A stretch of 62,000 nt of DNA from Squalus acanthias. Its lineage: Eukaryota. Where the stretch lies: assembly GCA_030390025.1 (NCBI GenBank), contig JASTWF010000365.1:372001-434000 (forward strand), read 5' to 3'. Each line of letters begins with the position of its first letter. Position 1 is the first letter of the stretch. The notes below the pieces were generated by a model. That model was not told the origin of the DNA. It saw only the letters and a program-made list of their open reading frames with translations, and made no database searches. Below, in pieces: positions 1 through 12,649 of the stretch. The position numbers were made by a program, and so were the translations under genes.

Positions 1-3000
1 TGTCTGTGGAACTGTACCCCAGTGAGAGTCAGTGTCTGTGGAACCCGTACCCCAGTGAGAGTCAGTGTCTGTGGAACCTGTACCCCAGTGAGAGTCAGTG
101 TTTGTGGAACCCGTACCCCAGTGAGAGTCAGTGTCAGTGGAACCTGTACCCCAGTGAGAGTCAGTGTCTGTGGAACCTGTACCCCAGTGAGAGTCAGTGT
201 GTGTGGAACCCGTACCCCAGTGAGAGTCAGTGTGTGTGGAACCTGTACCCCAGTGAGAGTCAGTGTCTGTGGAACACGTACCCCAGTGAGAGTCCGTGTC
301 TGTGGAACCCGTACCCCAGTGAGAGTCATTGTCAGTGGAACCCGTACCCCAGTGAGAGTCAGTGTGTGTGGAAACCGTACCACAGTGAGTGTCAGTGTGT
401 GTGGAGCCCGTACCCCAGTGAGAGTCAGTGTGTGTGGAGCCCGTGCCCCATTGAGAGTCAGTATGTGTGGAACCTGTACCCCAGTGAGAGTCAGTGTTTG
501 TGGAACCCGTATCCCAGTGAGAGTCAGTGTCAGTGGAACCCGTACCCCAGTGAGAGTCAATGTCAGTGGAACCTGTACCCCAGTGAGAGTCAGTGTCTGT
601 GGAACCCGTACCCCAGTGAGAGTCAGTGTGTGTGGAACCCCGACCCCAGTGAGAGTCAGTGTGTGTGGAACCCGTACCCCAGTGAGAGTCAGTGTGTGGA
701 ACCCGTACCCCAGTGAGAGTCAGTGTGTGTGAAACCCGTACCCCAGTGAGAGTCAGTGTCAGTGGAACCCGTACCCCAGTGAGAGTCAGTGTGTGTGGAT
801 CCCGTACCCCAGTGAGAGTCAGTGTCTGTGGAACCCGTACCCCAGTGAGAGTCAGTGTCTGTGGAACCCGTACCCCAGTGAGAGTCAGTGTGTGTGGAAC
901 CCGTACCCCAGTGAGAGTCAGTTACTGTGGATCCCGTACCCGAGTGAGAGTCAGTGTCAGTGGAACCCGTACCCCAGTGAGAGTCTGTGTGTGTGCAACC
1001 CGTACCACACTGAGAGTCAGTGTGTGTGGAACCTGTACCCCAGTGACAGTCAGTGGCAGTGGAACCTGTACCCCAGTGAGAGTCAGTGTCAGTGGAACCA
1101 GTACCCCAGTGAGAGTCAGTGTGTGTGGAACCCATAACCCAGTGAGAGACAGTGTGTGTGGAATCCATACCCCAGTGAGAGTCAGTGTGTGGAATCCGTA
1201 CCTCAGTGAGAGTCAGTGTGTGTGGAACCCGTACCCCAGTGAGAGTCAGTGTGTAAGGAACTGTACCCCAGTGAGAATCAGTGTGCGTGGATCCCGTACC
1301 CCAGTGTGAGTCAGTGTGTGTTGAACCCGTACCCCAGTGAGAGTCAGTATCTGTGGAACCCGTACCCCAGTGAGAGTCATTGTCTGTGGATCCCGTACCC
1401 CAGTGAGAGTCAGTGTGTGGGGGACCCGTACCCCAGTGAGAGTCAGTATCTTTGGAACCCGTACCCCAGTGAGAGTCAGTGTGTGTGGAACCCGTACCCC
1501 AGTGAGAGTCAGTGTGTGGGGGACCCGTACCCCAGTGAGAGTCAGTATCTGTGGAACCCTTACCCCCGTGAGAGTCAGTGTGTGGGGGACCCGTACCCCA
1601 GTGAGAGTCAGTGTTGGTGGAACCTGTACCCCAGTGAGAGTCAGTGTGTGTGGAACCCAGACCCCAGTGAGAGTCAGTGTGTGTGGAACCCGTACCCCAG
1701 TGAAAGTCAGTGTGTGTGGAACCCATACCGCAGTGAGAGACAGTGTGTGTGGAACTGTAGCCCAGTGAGAGTCAGTGTGTGTGGAATCCGTACCCCAGTG
1801 AGAGTCAGTGTCTGTGGAACCTGTACGCCAGTGAGAGTCAGTGTGTGTGGAACCCGTACCCCAGTGAGAGTCAGTGTGTGGGGGACCCGTATCCCAGTGA
1901 GAGTCAGTGTTGGTGGAACCTGTACCCCAGTGAGAGTCAGTGTGTGTGGAACCCGTACCCCAGTGAGAGTCAGTGTGTGTGGAACCCGTACCCCAGTGAA
2001 AGTCAGTGTGTGTGGAACCCATACCGCAGTGAGAGACAGTGTGTGTGGAACTGTAGCCCAGTGAGAGTCAGTGTGTGTGGAATCCGTACCCCAGTGAGAG
2101 TCAGTGTCTGTGGAACCTGTACGCCAGTGAGAGTCAGTGTCTGTGGAACTGTATCCCAGTGAGAGTCAGTGTCTGTGGAACCCATACCCCAGTGAGAGTC
2201 TGTACCTGTGGAACCTGTACCCCAGTGAGAGTCAGTGTCTGTGGAACCCGTACCCCAGTGAGAGTCAGTGTGTGTGGAACACGTACCCAAGTGAGAGTCA
2301 GTGTCAGTGGAACCTGTACCCCAGTGAGAGTCAGTGTCAGTGGAACCCGTACCCCAGTGAGAGTCAGAGTCAGTGGAACCTGTACCTCAGTGAGAGTCAG
2401 TGTCGGTGGAACCCGTACCCCAGTGAGAGTCAGTGTGTGTGGAACCCGTACCCCAGTGAGAGTCAGTGTGTGTGGAACCCGTACCCCAGTGAGAGTCAGT
2501 GTGTGTGGAGCCCGTACCCCAGTGAGAGTCAGTGTGTGGAACCCGTACCCCAGTGAGTGTCAGTGTGTGTGGAGCCCGTACCCCAGTGAGAGTCAGTGTG
2601 TGGAACCCGCACCCCAGTGAGTGTCAGTGTGTGTGGAACCCGTACCCCAGTGAGTGTCAGTGTCTGTGGAACTGTACCCCAGTGAGAGTCAGTGTCTGTG
2701 GAACCTGTACCCCAGTGAGAGTCAGTGTCTGTGGAACCCGTACCCCAGTGAGAGTCAGTGTGTGTGGAACCCGGACCCAGTGAGAGTCAGTGTGTGTGGA
2801 ACCCGTACCCCAGTGAGAGTCAGTGTGTGGAACCCGTACCCCAGTGAGAGTCAGTGTGTGTGGAACCCGTACCCCAGTGAGAGTCAGTGTGTGTGGAACC
2901 TGTACCCCAGTGAGAGTCAGTGTCAGTGGAACCCGTACCCCAGTGAGAGTCAGTGTCTGTGGAACCCTTACCCCAGTGAGCGTCAGTGTCAGTGGAACCC

Positions 3001-4340
3001 GTACCCCAGTGAGAGTCAGTGTCTGTGGAACTGTATCCCAGTGAGAGTCAGTGTCTGTGGAACCTGTACCCCAGTGAGAGTCAGTGTGTGTGAAACCCGT
3101 ACCCCAGTGACAGTCAGTATCTGTGGAACTGTACCCCAGTGAGAGTCAGTGTCTGTGGAACCCGTACCCCAGTGAGTCAGTATCTGTGGAACCCGTACCC
3201 CAGTGAGAGTCAGTGTCAGTGGAACCTGTACCCCAGTGAGAGTCAGTGTCAGTGGAGCCTGTACCCCTGTGAGAGTCAGTGTGTGTGGAACCCATACCCC
3301 AGTGAGAGTCAGTGTGTGTGGAACCCGTACACCAGTGAGAGTCAGTGTCTGTGGTACCCGTACCCCAGTGAGAGTCAGTATCTGTGGAACCCGTACACCA
3401 GTGAGAGTCAGAGTCAGTGTTAGTGGAACCCGTACCCCAGTGAGAGTCAGTATCTGTGGAACCCGTACCCCAGTGAGAGTCAGTGTCTGTGGAACCCGTA
3501 CCCCAGTGAGTGTCAGTGTCTGTGGAACTGTACCCCAGTGAGAATCAGTGTCTGTGGAACCCGTACCCCAGTGAGAGTCAGTATCTGTGGAACCTGTACC
3601 CCAGTGAGAGTCAGTGTGTTTGGAACCCGTACCAAAGTGAGTGAGTGTGTCTGTGGAACCCGTACCCAAGTGAGACTCAGTGTATCTGGAACTGTACCCG
3701 GAACTGTACCCCAGAGAGAGTCAGTGTGGGTGGAACTGTACCCCAGTGAGAGTCAGTATCTGTGGGACCCGTACGCCAGTGAGAGTCAGTATGTGTGGAA
3801 CCCATACCTCAGTGAGAGTCAGTATCTGTGGATCCCGTACCCCAGTGAGAGTCATTGTCTGTGGAACCCGTACCCCAGTGAGGGTCAGTGTGTGTGGAAC
3901 CCGTACCGCAGTGAGAGTCTGTGCCTGTGGAACCTGGACCCCAGTGAGAGTCAGTGTGTGTGGATCTCGTAGCCCATTGAGAGTCAGTGTGTGTGGAACC
4001 CGTACTGCAGTGAGAGTCAGTGTGTGTGGAACCCGTACCGCAGTGAGAGTCTGTGCCTGTGGAACCTGTACCCCAGTGAGAGTCAGTGTGTGTGGATCTC
4101 GTAGCCCATTGAGAGTCAGTGTGTGTGGAACCCGTACTGCAGTGAGAGTCAGTGTGTGTGGAACCCTTACCCCAGTGAGAGTCAGTGTGTGGAACCCGTA
4201 CCACAGTGAGAGTCAGTGTGTGTGTGGAACCCGTACGCCAGTGAGGGTCAGTGTGTGTGGGGCCCGTACCCCAGTGAGAGTCAGTGTCAGTGGAACCCGT
4301 ACCCCAGTGAGAGTCAGTGGGTGTGGGGCCCGTACCCTAG
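1..4340. repeat. 33-bp minisatellite (consensus cccagtgagagtcagtgtgtgtggaacccgtac), about 130 units, running off the window start
   Basis: Head-to-tail units with no spacers. The 11-aa periodicity of the ORF track (WNPYPSESQCV) gives the 33-bp period. Confidence 0.97.
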
Positions 4341-5749
4341 TGATAACGCGTTCCTGCCCGGTGAGGAGGGATTATAATTTCCAGCAATTAATCTCAATTA
4401 AATCCACACAGGCCCAGCAAATACAGAAAATCTTTATTGCATATATAAAAAGATAATTTAGAACGCATTCAAGATATACAGAAAGGCTTCCGCGTACCAT
4501 AGCCACACCAATATAGCGCTCATTAGGAATGTAATCCTGAAATATTGCAGGAATTTCTTGCTGCATTTACACATTGATATACAGTTATATTTCATTCATG
4601 TTGTACCCGCACAGTAAAGACTGGAATCAGTAGCAGGATTCAAAGGCAATTGAACCACTGTAGTGTCAACTAACTGCACTTTGATTAACACACACACAGA
4701 AATTAGTGTCATTGTATCATAGAACACAAACTATTCACATTTATTCATTTATGTTGCAAAATTAACATTCAGTTACGTGCCCAGAAGACACGAGCATTGA
4801 TTTCACTGAGTTTTATGTAGTATATCGGTTCGCAGTAACGTAAGTTGCACGAAACCCCCCATCGCTTGTATCACTGTACGGTTCGCTTTGAGCGAGGCTA
4901 GTGCCATCCAGCCCCTTGCGTTGCTCCCACGCACTCAGTCACCAGCCCCCTCCCCCTAGTGTTAGACAGCCCCCCTCAGACACAGCCCCAATGCACAGGG
5001 CGAAAAGTTACATCCCCGGAAAATTTACACTTTTACTGAGACAGAGACAGGAGATGCTGTGGGTACACTGGGCAAATCAGGATGGTGCCGGGGGTAGAGG
5101 AGGGGGAGAGAGAGAGAGAGAGAGACACGAGAGTTAACCCTTTACAGCATGTACACCCCCTCGTGTGGACTGGGTGATATCACAGGCGAGCAGGATTTTA
5201 GAAGGGGGTTAAAAAGTTGCGAGGGGAAGGAGGAGGGGTAACCACAGGCACAGGTGCTACCCGCCTCGTCCCGGCTCCTCAGCCAATCGCACGCTGCGGA
5301 AAGAGGGGGTAGGTGAAATGCGACCTGGGGAGGCAGCGCGAATCAGGCGACAGCCAATCGGCAGCCCCTTCGAACCGACCTTGCTGACCCAGCTTTCGGC
5401 CGCCTGTCCTAATATCTCCTTTATGTGGCTCGGCGTCAAACCGTGCTTGATAATCGCTCCGGTGAAGTGCCTCGGGGCACTGGCGGCGCGGTATAAACAC
5501 GAGCTGCTGAGCAATAAATTCAGCTTGTTGTTTACAGGAGGAACCACCAGATGGCAGCGTTACTCTACCCGAGTCAATGAGTGTTTATTGTTTGTGCTTC
5601 AAAGTTACACAACAGCCAACACAATTCTAAGGACACTTGTATATATTATATTTTCTGCATTGATTTGACAAGTTATCCCTAACTGATTGAGGGGGGATTC
5701 CAATTCTGATAACTATCCACGGCATTTTCTGTCAACAGCAAGCTTAGGT

Positions 5750-6676
5750 GTCAGCCCTGGCTCATCGGGGTAGCACTCTCGCATCTGAGTCAGAATGTCG
5801 TGGGTTCGAGTCCCCCTCCAGAGACTTGAGGGAGTGCCGCACTGTCGGAGGGGCTGTACTGAGGGAGCGTCGCACTGTCGGAGGTGCGGTACTGAGGGAG
5901 CGCTGCACTGTCGGAGGTGCGGTACTGAGGGAGCGTCGCACTGTCGGAGGGGCTGTACTGAGGGAGCGCCGCACTGTCGGAGGGGCTGTACTGAGGGAGC
6001 GCGGCAATGTCGGAGGGGCAGTACTGAGGGAGCGCCGCAATGTTGGAGGGGCAGTACTGAGGGAGCGCGGCAATGTTGGAGGGGCAGTGCTGAGGGAGCG
6101 CGGCAATGTTGGAGGGGCTGTACTGAGGGAGAGCCGCACTGTCGGAGGGGCAGTACTGAGGGAGTGCTGCACTGTTGGAGGGGCTGTACTGAGGGAGCGT
6201 CGCACTGTCGGAGGGGCGGTACTGAGGGAGCGCTGCACTGTTGGAGGGGCAGTACTGAGGGAGCGTCGCACTGTCGGAGGGGCTGTACTGAGGGAGTGCT
6301 GCACTGTCGGAGGGGCTGTACTGAGGGAGCGCCGCACTGTCGGAGGGGCGGTTGTTCGGATGAGACGTTAAACCGAGGCCCCGTCTACCCTCAGGTGGAT
6401 GCAAGAGATCCTGTGGCCACTATTGGAAGAAGAGCAGGGGGGAGTTCTCCCCGGTGTCCTGGGGCCAATATTTATCATTCAACCAACATCACTAAAAAAA
6501 GATATAATCTGGGTCATTATCACATTCGTGGGAGCTTGCTGTGCGCAAATTGGCTGCCGCATTTCCTACATTACAACAGTGACTACACTTCAAAAAAAAG
6601 TACTTCATTGGCTGTAAAACGCTTTGGGACGTCCTGAGGTGGTGAAAGGCGCGATAGAAATGTGAGTCTTTCTTTC
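5750..6676 (+). mobile_element. tRNA-derived Deu-domain SINE (SacSINE1-like) with 16 internal copies of a 33-bp unit
   Basis: tRNA-like head (tggctcatcggg ... gggttcgagtccc), Deu-like core (gatgagacgttaaaccgaggccc...aagatcc), L2-like tail ending tctttctttc. Array about 5827-6350. Confidence 0.85.
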
Positions 6677-7164
6677 ATCCCCAGCAACGCAACAAGCTGG
6701 AATGTTAAAAATGGTTTTGTTTTAAAATGTAGATTCATCCCCACCTCCCGGGCACACAGACCAGAGCGGTCCCAGGCTCCACTCCCGGCCTGTTGTGAGC
6801 TCGTTAGACTCAGTCACTGATTTACACTGTAGACAGTGGCTTTCTTCTTCAAAAAAAACAATTTTTTCATTTTAATAATTAGTCTTCGACTCCGAGAGAT
6901 CTTTGAATATTTATCAATGGAACAATGGCATCTGTGCAAGGAGTGGGCTGGGGGAGGGGAGAGTCAATACTGAGGCTGCCGGGGAAATCAGCCGTCTCCC
7001 CGGGCAACCGCTGTTAGTTCTGTTCAACTCGAACACTGACACTAAAATGACAGCGTTTAAATCCGGTCTAATATCACGTGCCAGGAATAAATAAAAGAGA
7101 CAAAGTGTTCCTACTGGCAGGAGGATTGGTAAACAGAGGGCACAGATTGAAGACAGGAACTGTC

Positions 7165-7640
7165 GAGGCCTTGGAGAGGGGGGCGGAGGAGATTTGCCAG
7201 AATGGTCCCAGGGATGAGGGACTTCAGTGATGTGGAGAGGCTGGAGAAGCTGGGCTTGTTCTCCTTAGAGCAGAGAAGGTTAAGAGGAGATTTAATGGAG
7301 GCGTTCAAAATCCTGAAGGGTTTTGATAGAGTAAATAAGGAGAAACTGTTTCCACTGGGCAGGAGGGTCAGTAACCAGAGGACACAGATTTAAGATAATT
7401 GGCAAAAGAACCAGAGGGGGAGATGAGGAGAATTGTTTTTACGCAGCGAGTTGTTGTGATCTGGAACGCGCTGCCTGAAAGGGCGGTGGAAGCAGATTCA
7501 ATAGTAACTTTCAAAAGGGGAATTGGATAAATACTTGAAAAGGAAAAATTTGCAGGGCTACGGGGGAAAGAACAGGGGGGAGTGGGACTGATTGGAGAGC
7601 TCGTTCAAAGAGCCGGCACAGGCAGGATGGGCCGAATGGC
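7165..7640 (+). mobile_element. CR1 LINE 3' fragment
   Basis: Translates to ERLEKLGLFSLEQRRLRGDL, the typical CR1 ORF2 C-terminus, followed by a CR1 3' UTR. Confidence 0.9.
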
Positions 7641-8210
7641 ACAGGAGGCCGCCATTCGGCCCATCGAGTCCGTGCCAGCTCTCTGTAGAGCAATCCAGTC
7701 AGTCCCATTCCCCCGCTCTATCCCCGTAGCCCTGCAAGTTTATTTCCCTCACGTGCCTATCCAGTCTCCCTTTGAAAACATTGAGTGTCTCCGCTTCCAC
7801 CACTTCCATTGGCAGCGAGTTCCAGGTCCTCACCACTCGCTGCGTAAAAATGATTTTCCTCACGCCCCCCCTGTATCTCTTGCCCAAAACCTTAAATCTG
7901 TGTCCCCTAGTCCTTCTACCATCAACTAGTGGGAACAGCCTTTCCCCGTCTAGCCTATCCCAAACCCGTCATAATCTTGTACACCTCGATTAAATCACCC
8001 CTCAACCTCCTTTGCTCTAATGAAAACAAATCCAGCTTCTCCAACCTGTCCTTGTAGCTAAGATCCCCCAACCTCAGAACCATTCTGGTAAATCTCCTCT
8101 GCACCCTCTCAAGGGCCTTCACATCCTTCCTAAAGTGTGGTGACCAGAACTGGACGCAATACTCCAGTTGTGGCCTAACCAGCGCTTTATAAAGGTTCAG
8201 CATAAGTTCT
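7641..8210 (-). mobile_element. CR1 LINE 3' fragment, tail-to-tail with the previous copy
   Basis: ORF 7955-8218 reads LYKALVRPQLEYCVQFWSP...LERVQRRFTRM...RRLRGDLIEVYKI. Confidence 0.92.
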
Positions 8211-10311
8211 CGACTCATTCTATCATTCTGTAAGAAGCTAACCCGAAAGTAAAAATATTAAAAGACAATTTTGAATAAAAATTTAGCTGCAGTCCCATTG
8301 GTCCTATTTTTTTTAAAATTCTGGTCTACACATTCTAACCGTTGCAAAGCGCAAAATCTTTTAAATCTGCCCCTTTTTCTCCGACGCCTCTTTACTCCTA
8401 GAAAGTGGAAGCGGGAAACGCTTTTTTTGTTAAATTCAGAGTTTTCCGCCTGATTGAATGGAACGATTGGTAGGTTAATCTTAGGACGCGTCCAACGCAG
8501 GGAACTCCCGCCTCGGACAGGCGAGCTCGCGAGCGGCAATCGAAGGGTTAAGACACGCGCAGGGGCGGAGCGGTTTGACCCAGCCCGCACCCGAGCCCCT
8601 TCGCTCATCTCCCTCCCTCCCTCCCTCCCTCGTGGAGCTCGATCCTTCACCACAGCCAATTCCCTTTAAAGACATCCAGCGCAAAAATAAAACCCCTCAG
8701 AAAATGAAACCTAAAACTGAAAAAAAATCAAATCAGGTTCGAAAAACATGCAGCCGAACAATAATGAAAATGAAATAGGATTATCCCTGAACTCCAGATT
8801 TGGAAATGTGGGACACCATTCCTTTCATTCCCCGGTGCTTTTCGGACTTTAGAATTCGTGTTATTACGCTCCCTGTTATTTTAGCACCTCCTTGCGCGAT
8901 ATAAAAAGGAGCCGTCAAGACTCATTGATAGTAATTCCCTATAATATGGGGGCTCCTCACAGCCGCCCTGCGGTGTTGACGGGACGCGTACAGACACGGG
9001 CTCCCTCCTCGGTCTGTGCGCAGTTAGCTGGGCCGAGAGCTGGCGGGGAATGTGCCTCAGTGCCCCTGCGCTAAGGCAGGCGAGAAAGAGAGGGGAGATA
9101 CCGTCCACAGACCTCTGATGGAAACCAAGTGTGCGCGTGTGTCTGTCTGCACGCGTGTGGGTCTGTAGCTATTGGGTCAGGACAACATGGGGCTCGGTTG
9201 CGATGCACCCCATGGCCGGTCAGCACCGGCGATTAACGGCTACCCTGGGTGTAGGTGCTGGAGGACTGCTCCTAGCCATTGCACAGCCCTCTCCTCCCAA
9301 TGCTCATCGCACGCCCCGCTCCTCCCAACGCCCATCGAATCGCCCGCGCTCTCTCTCGTGTCCCTCGGCCGAGTGAATCGCGCGCCAGCCTGGGCAGGAA
9401 GCCGATTCTTGTCGCTGGATTGCAAGAAGGGCTCGACAGCCCATCCTGGACCCCCACCCAGCTCCCCATCCATCCCCATTACACATCCCTGCAAGAGTCA
9501 AGACCCCTGTGACTGAGTCTCTCTCTCCCCCTGCCCCCTCTTCCCTCCCTCCCTCCCCCCCCTCCCCCCGTCCAATTTTACCCAACCCACTGTGAGCAGC
9601 AATGGACCCTCGCCCTCCCGTCTCACTCAGTCCCCTGATCGAACACTGGGCGATGCGGGGGGTGGGAGAGAATCGGGACAGGGAGGCAGGTACAGCAGCG
9701 GTTACACTAGTGTTAGTCTGAGGGCTGGCGAATTGCCGGAGAACTCGAATCACTTTCCTAAAACTAAAGTAGTTAGTAAATTAAATTTAGTGCACGATTA
9801 AAAAAAAGTGTAGGAGATTACAGTTTCTCATTAATAGATACAAAGGCAGGCGGAAAGGAAATGGTTTGCAAGCCCCTTTATGAGTGATTGGGAAATAGTG
9901 TTTTTTTTTAGTTCAGTGGGGCCACGATCGGTCACGGTTCGGGGCAGGTTTTTTTAAACTCGCCCCCTCGAGGGGGGTGGGTGCACGAATCTGGCCGTGG
10001 GAATGGGGCAGATCCCGTGGTGAGCGGGCAGGTGAAAGTTTACAGCCCCCCCGCCCAGCCGCCCCGTGTGGTGGGCCCCTGGGTTCACCATCCCCTCCCC
10101 TCCCCTCCACTCTCTGTAGTGTACGGTTCACGAGGAGGCTGCGGCCACGCTCTGCGGCCTAGTTTCTGCCGGTCGAGAGCCTCGGTCTCAAGTGAGGCCG
10201 AGGGCCAATTGCACTGTGGGGAGAGTTGGGGAAGGGGTGGGGGGTGGGGGACGGAGGGTCTGGTGCTCCTACCCTCAACCCAACCCCTAAAAATCGCTAC
10301 CCAAAGCCATA

Positions 10312-10415
10312 GTTACGAGCCTCCCTCAAAGGCGCCGTTACGAGCTCCCAAAGGCACCTTTACGAGCTCCCAAAGGCACCGTTACGAGCTCCCAAAGGCG
10401 CCATTACGCGCTCCC
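10312..10415. repeat. 22-bp tandem repeat (gttacgagctcccaaaggcgcc), about 5 copies, in the putative delta 3' UTR
   Basis: Units start near 10312, 10337, 10359, 10381 and 10403. Confidence 0.85.
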
Positions 10416-10561
10416 CCAAAGTGTCGATATAATATTCCGCGGCCACATTGCTGAGTGGGAAGAGAGAGGGAACGCACTGGTCGGTTAGTGTTAAGAGGAA
10501 TGGAAGGTGTTTTGGGGAGCGGTGGTCTCGCGGGGGTGGCAGGGGGCGAGGGGCCCGAATC

Positions 10562-10738
10562 CTACACGTACATGCCCTTCGACACAAACTCCTGGCTCTG
10601 CCTGTGTTCATCCTCCGGGTAGGAGGAGAGCCCGTTGTAAATGGGGTTCTCTTGCTCCAGGTAGTCATCAGACGTGGTCTCGTTGGGGGACTTGAGGTCA
10701 GAGCCTGCCCCGGGCTCGTCGTAATACTGGGTGAGGGT
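10562..10738 (-). CDS. NECTIN2: Nectin-2-like delta isoform, terminal coding exon (TLTQYYDEPG...DDYLEQENPIYNGLSSY...EFVSKGMYV*)
   Basis: Acceptor ctttctccatag|ACC, phase 0, 58 codons plus TAG. Resembles the human nectin-2 delta tail (EYLDKINPIYDALSY...FVMSRAMYV). This frame is not in the ORF track; translated by hand. Confidence 0.9.
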   Translation of the reverse strand, partial: TLTQYYDEPGAGSDLKSPNETTSDDYLEQENPIYNGLSSYPEDEHRQSQEFVSKGMYV

Positions 10739-10939
10739 CTATGGAGAAAGAGAGAGAGACAAAGCCAACCGTCAATGGTGAACAGTCTAACCTTTCCCTC
10801 CCTCTTCTCAGGCCACTGGTTCACTGAGCGTGAACACGGAACCCCAACCCCCCCCGCCCCCCCCTCACCGCCCGGTCCCCTCACCGCCACGCGCGAGTGC
10901 CGGCCGGATATTCAACCACGGCGGCATCTCTCGATCTCT

Positions 10940-11925
10940 ACTTGAAAAATTCTCATCCTCGTTTCCAAATCTCTCCATGGCCTCCTCGCCCACTCCCTCT
11001 CTCTGTAACCTCCTCGAGCACCTACAACCCTCCCTAGCTCTGTAACCTCCTCGAGCACCTACAACCCTCCCTATCTCTGTAACCTCCTCCAGCCCCTACA
11101 ACCCTCCCTATCTCTGTAACCTCCTCCAGCCCCTACAACCCTCCCTATCTCTGTAACCTCCTCCAGCCCCTACAACCCTCCCTATCTCTGTAACCTCCTC
11201 CAGCCCCCTACAACCCTCCCTATCTCTGTAACCTCCTCCAGCCCCTACAACCCTCCCTATCTCTGTAACCTCCTCCAGCCCCTACAACCCTCCCTATCTC
11301 TGTAACCTCCTCCAGCACCTACAACCCTCCCTATCTCTGTAACCCTCCCTATCTCTGTAACCTCCTCCAGCCCCTACAACCCTCCCTATCTCTGTAACCT
11401 CCTCCACCCCCCTACAACCCTCCCTATCTCTGTAACCTCCTCCAGCCCCCTACAACCCTCCCTATCTCTGTAACCTCCTCCAGCCCCCTACAACCCTCCC
11501 TATCTCTGTAACCTCCTCCAGCCCCTACAACCCTCCCTATCTCTGTAACCTCCTCCAGCCCCTGCAACCCTCCCTATCTCTGTAACCTCCTCCAGCCCCT
11601 ACAACCCTCCGTGATCTCTGCTCTCCTCTAATTCTGGCCCCTTGCGCTTCCCCCGATTTCCATCGCTCCACCATTGGTGGCCGTGCCTTCAGCTGCCTGG
11701 GCCCCGAGCTCTGGAATTCCCTCCCTAAACCTCTCCGCCTCTCTCTCTCTCTCTCTCTCTCTCTCCTCCTTTAAGACGCTTCTTAAAACCGGCCTCTTTG
11801 ACCAAGCTTTTGGTCGCCCGTCCCAATATCTCCTGATGTAGCTCGGTGTCAAATTTTGTTTGACAATCGCTCCTGTGAAGCACCTTGGGACATTGAAGGC
11901 GCTATATAAATGCACGTTGTTGCAT
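10940..11925 (+). mobile_element. L2-clade LINE 3' fragment containing a 37-bp minisatellite (about 11000-11610, about 16 units)
   Basis: aaaattctcatcctc...ggccgtgccttcagc...ctctggaattccctccc...aaggcgctatataaatgcacgttgttg. Unit ctctgtaacctcctccagcccctacaaccctccctat. Confidence 0.88.
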
Positions 11926-11964
11926 TCAAACATGCTCCAGCTCAGAGGTGTCTAAACAGTTGCC

Positions 11965-12628
11965 TGTGTGAATCTGCTTCCACCGCCCTTTCAGGCAGCG
12001 CATTCCAGATCACAACAACTCGCTGCGTAAAAACAATTCTCCTCATCTCCCCTCTGGTTCTTTTGCCGATTATCTTCAATCTGTGTCCTCTGCTCACCGA
12101 CCCTCCTGCCCAGTGGAAACAGTTTCTCCTTATTTACTCTATCAAAACCCCTCATGATTTTGAACGCCTCTATTAAATTTCCTCTTCGCCTTCTCTGCTC
12201 TGAGGAGAACAACCCCAGCTTCTCCAGTCTCTCCACATCACTGAAGTCCCTCATCCCTGGAACCAGTCTAGTAAATCTCCTCTGCACCCTCTCCAAGGCC
12301 TTGACATCCTTACTAAAGTGCGGTGCTCAGAATTGGACACAATACTCCAGTTGATGCCGAACCAGTGTTTTATAAAGGTTCAGCATAACCTCCATGCTTT
12401 TGTACTCTATGCCTCTATTTATGAAGCCCAGGATCCTGTGTACTTTTTTTTTTTAATAAACGAACAGCCTTCCCGACCTGTCCTGCCATCTTCAAAGACT
12501 GGTGTACGTTCAGCCCCCAGGTCTCTCGGTTCCTGCTCCCCCTTTTAAAGTTGTATTATTTAGTTTATATTGCCTCTCCTCGTCCTTCCTACCAAAATGG
12601 GCCACTTCACACTCCCCTGCGTTAAATC
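11965..12628 (-). mobile_element. CR1 LINE 3' fragment
   Basis: ORF 11991-12296 reads ERVQRRFTRLVPGMRDFSDVERLEKLGLFS. Confidence 0.9.
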
Positions 12629-12649
12629 ACTCGGCAGAATGACACTCAC

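Noticed and set aside
1..4340. Long Cys/Trp/Pro-rich ORFs and a CRISPR-like periodicity
   Set aside because: Pure head-to-tail 33-bp repeat, open in several frames on both strands, with no unique spacers and no cas genes.
4341..10300. Downstream neighbour expected from mammalian synteny (TOMM40/APOE)
   Set aside because: I recognised no matching coding exon in this interval.
10360..10945. ORFs 10360-10890 (-) and 10448-10945 (+)
   Set aside because: Off-frame or antisense shadows of the real terminal exon 10562-10738.
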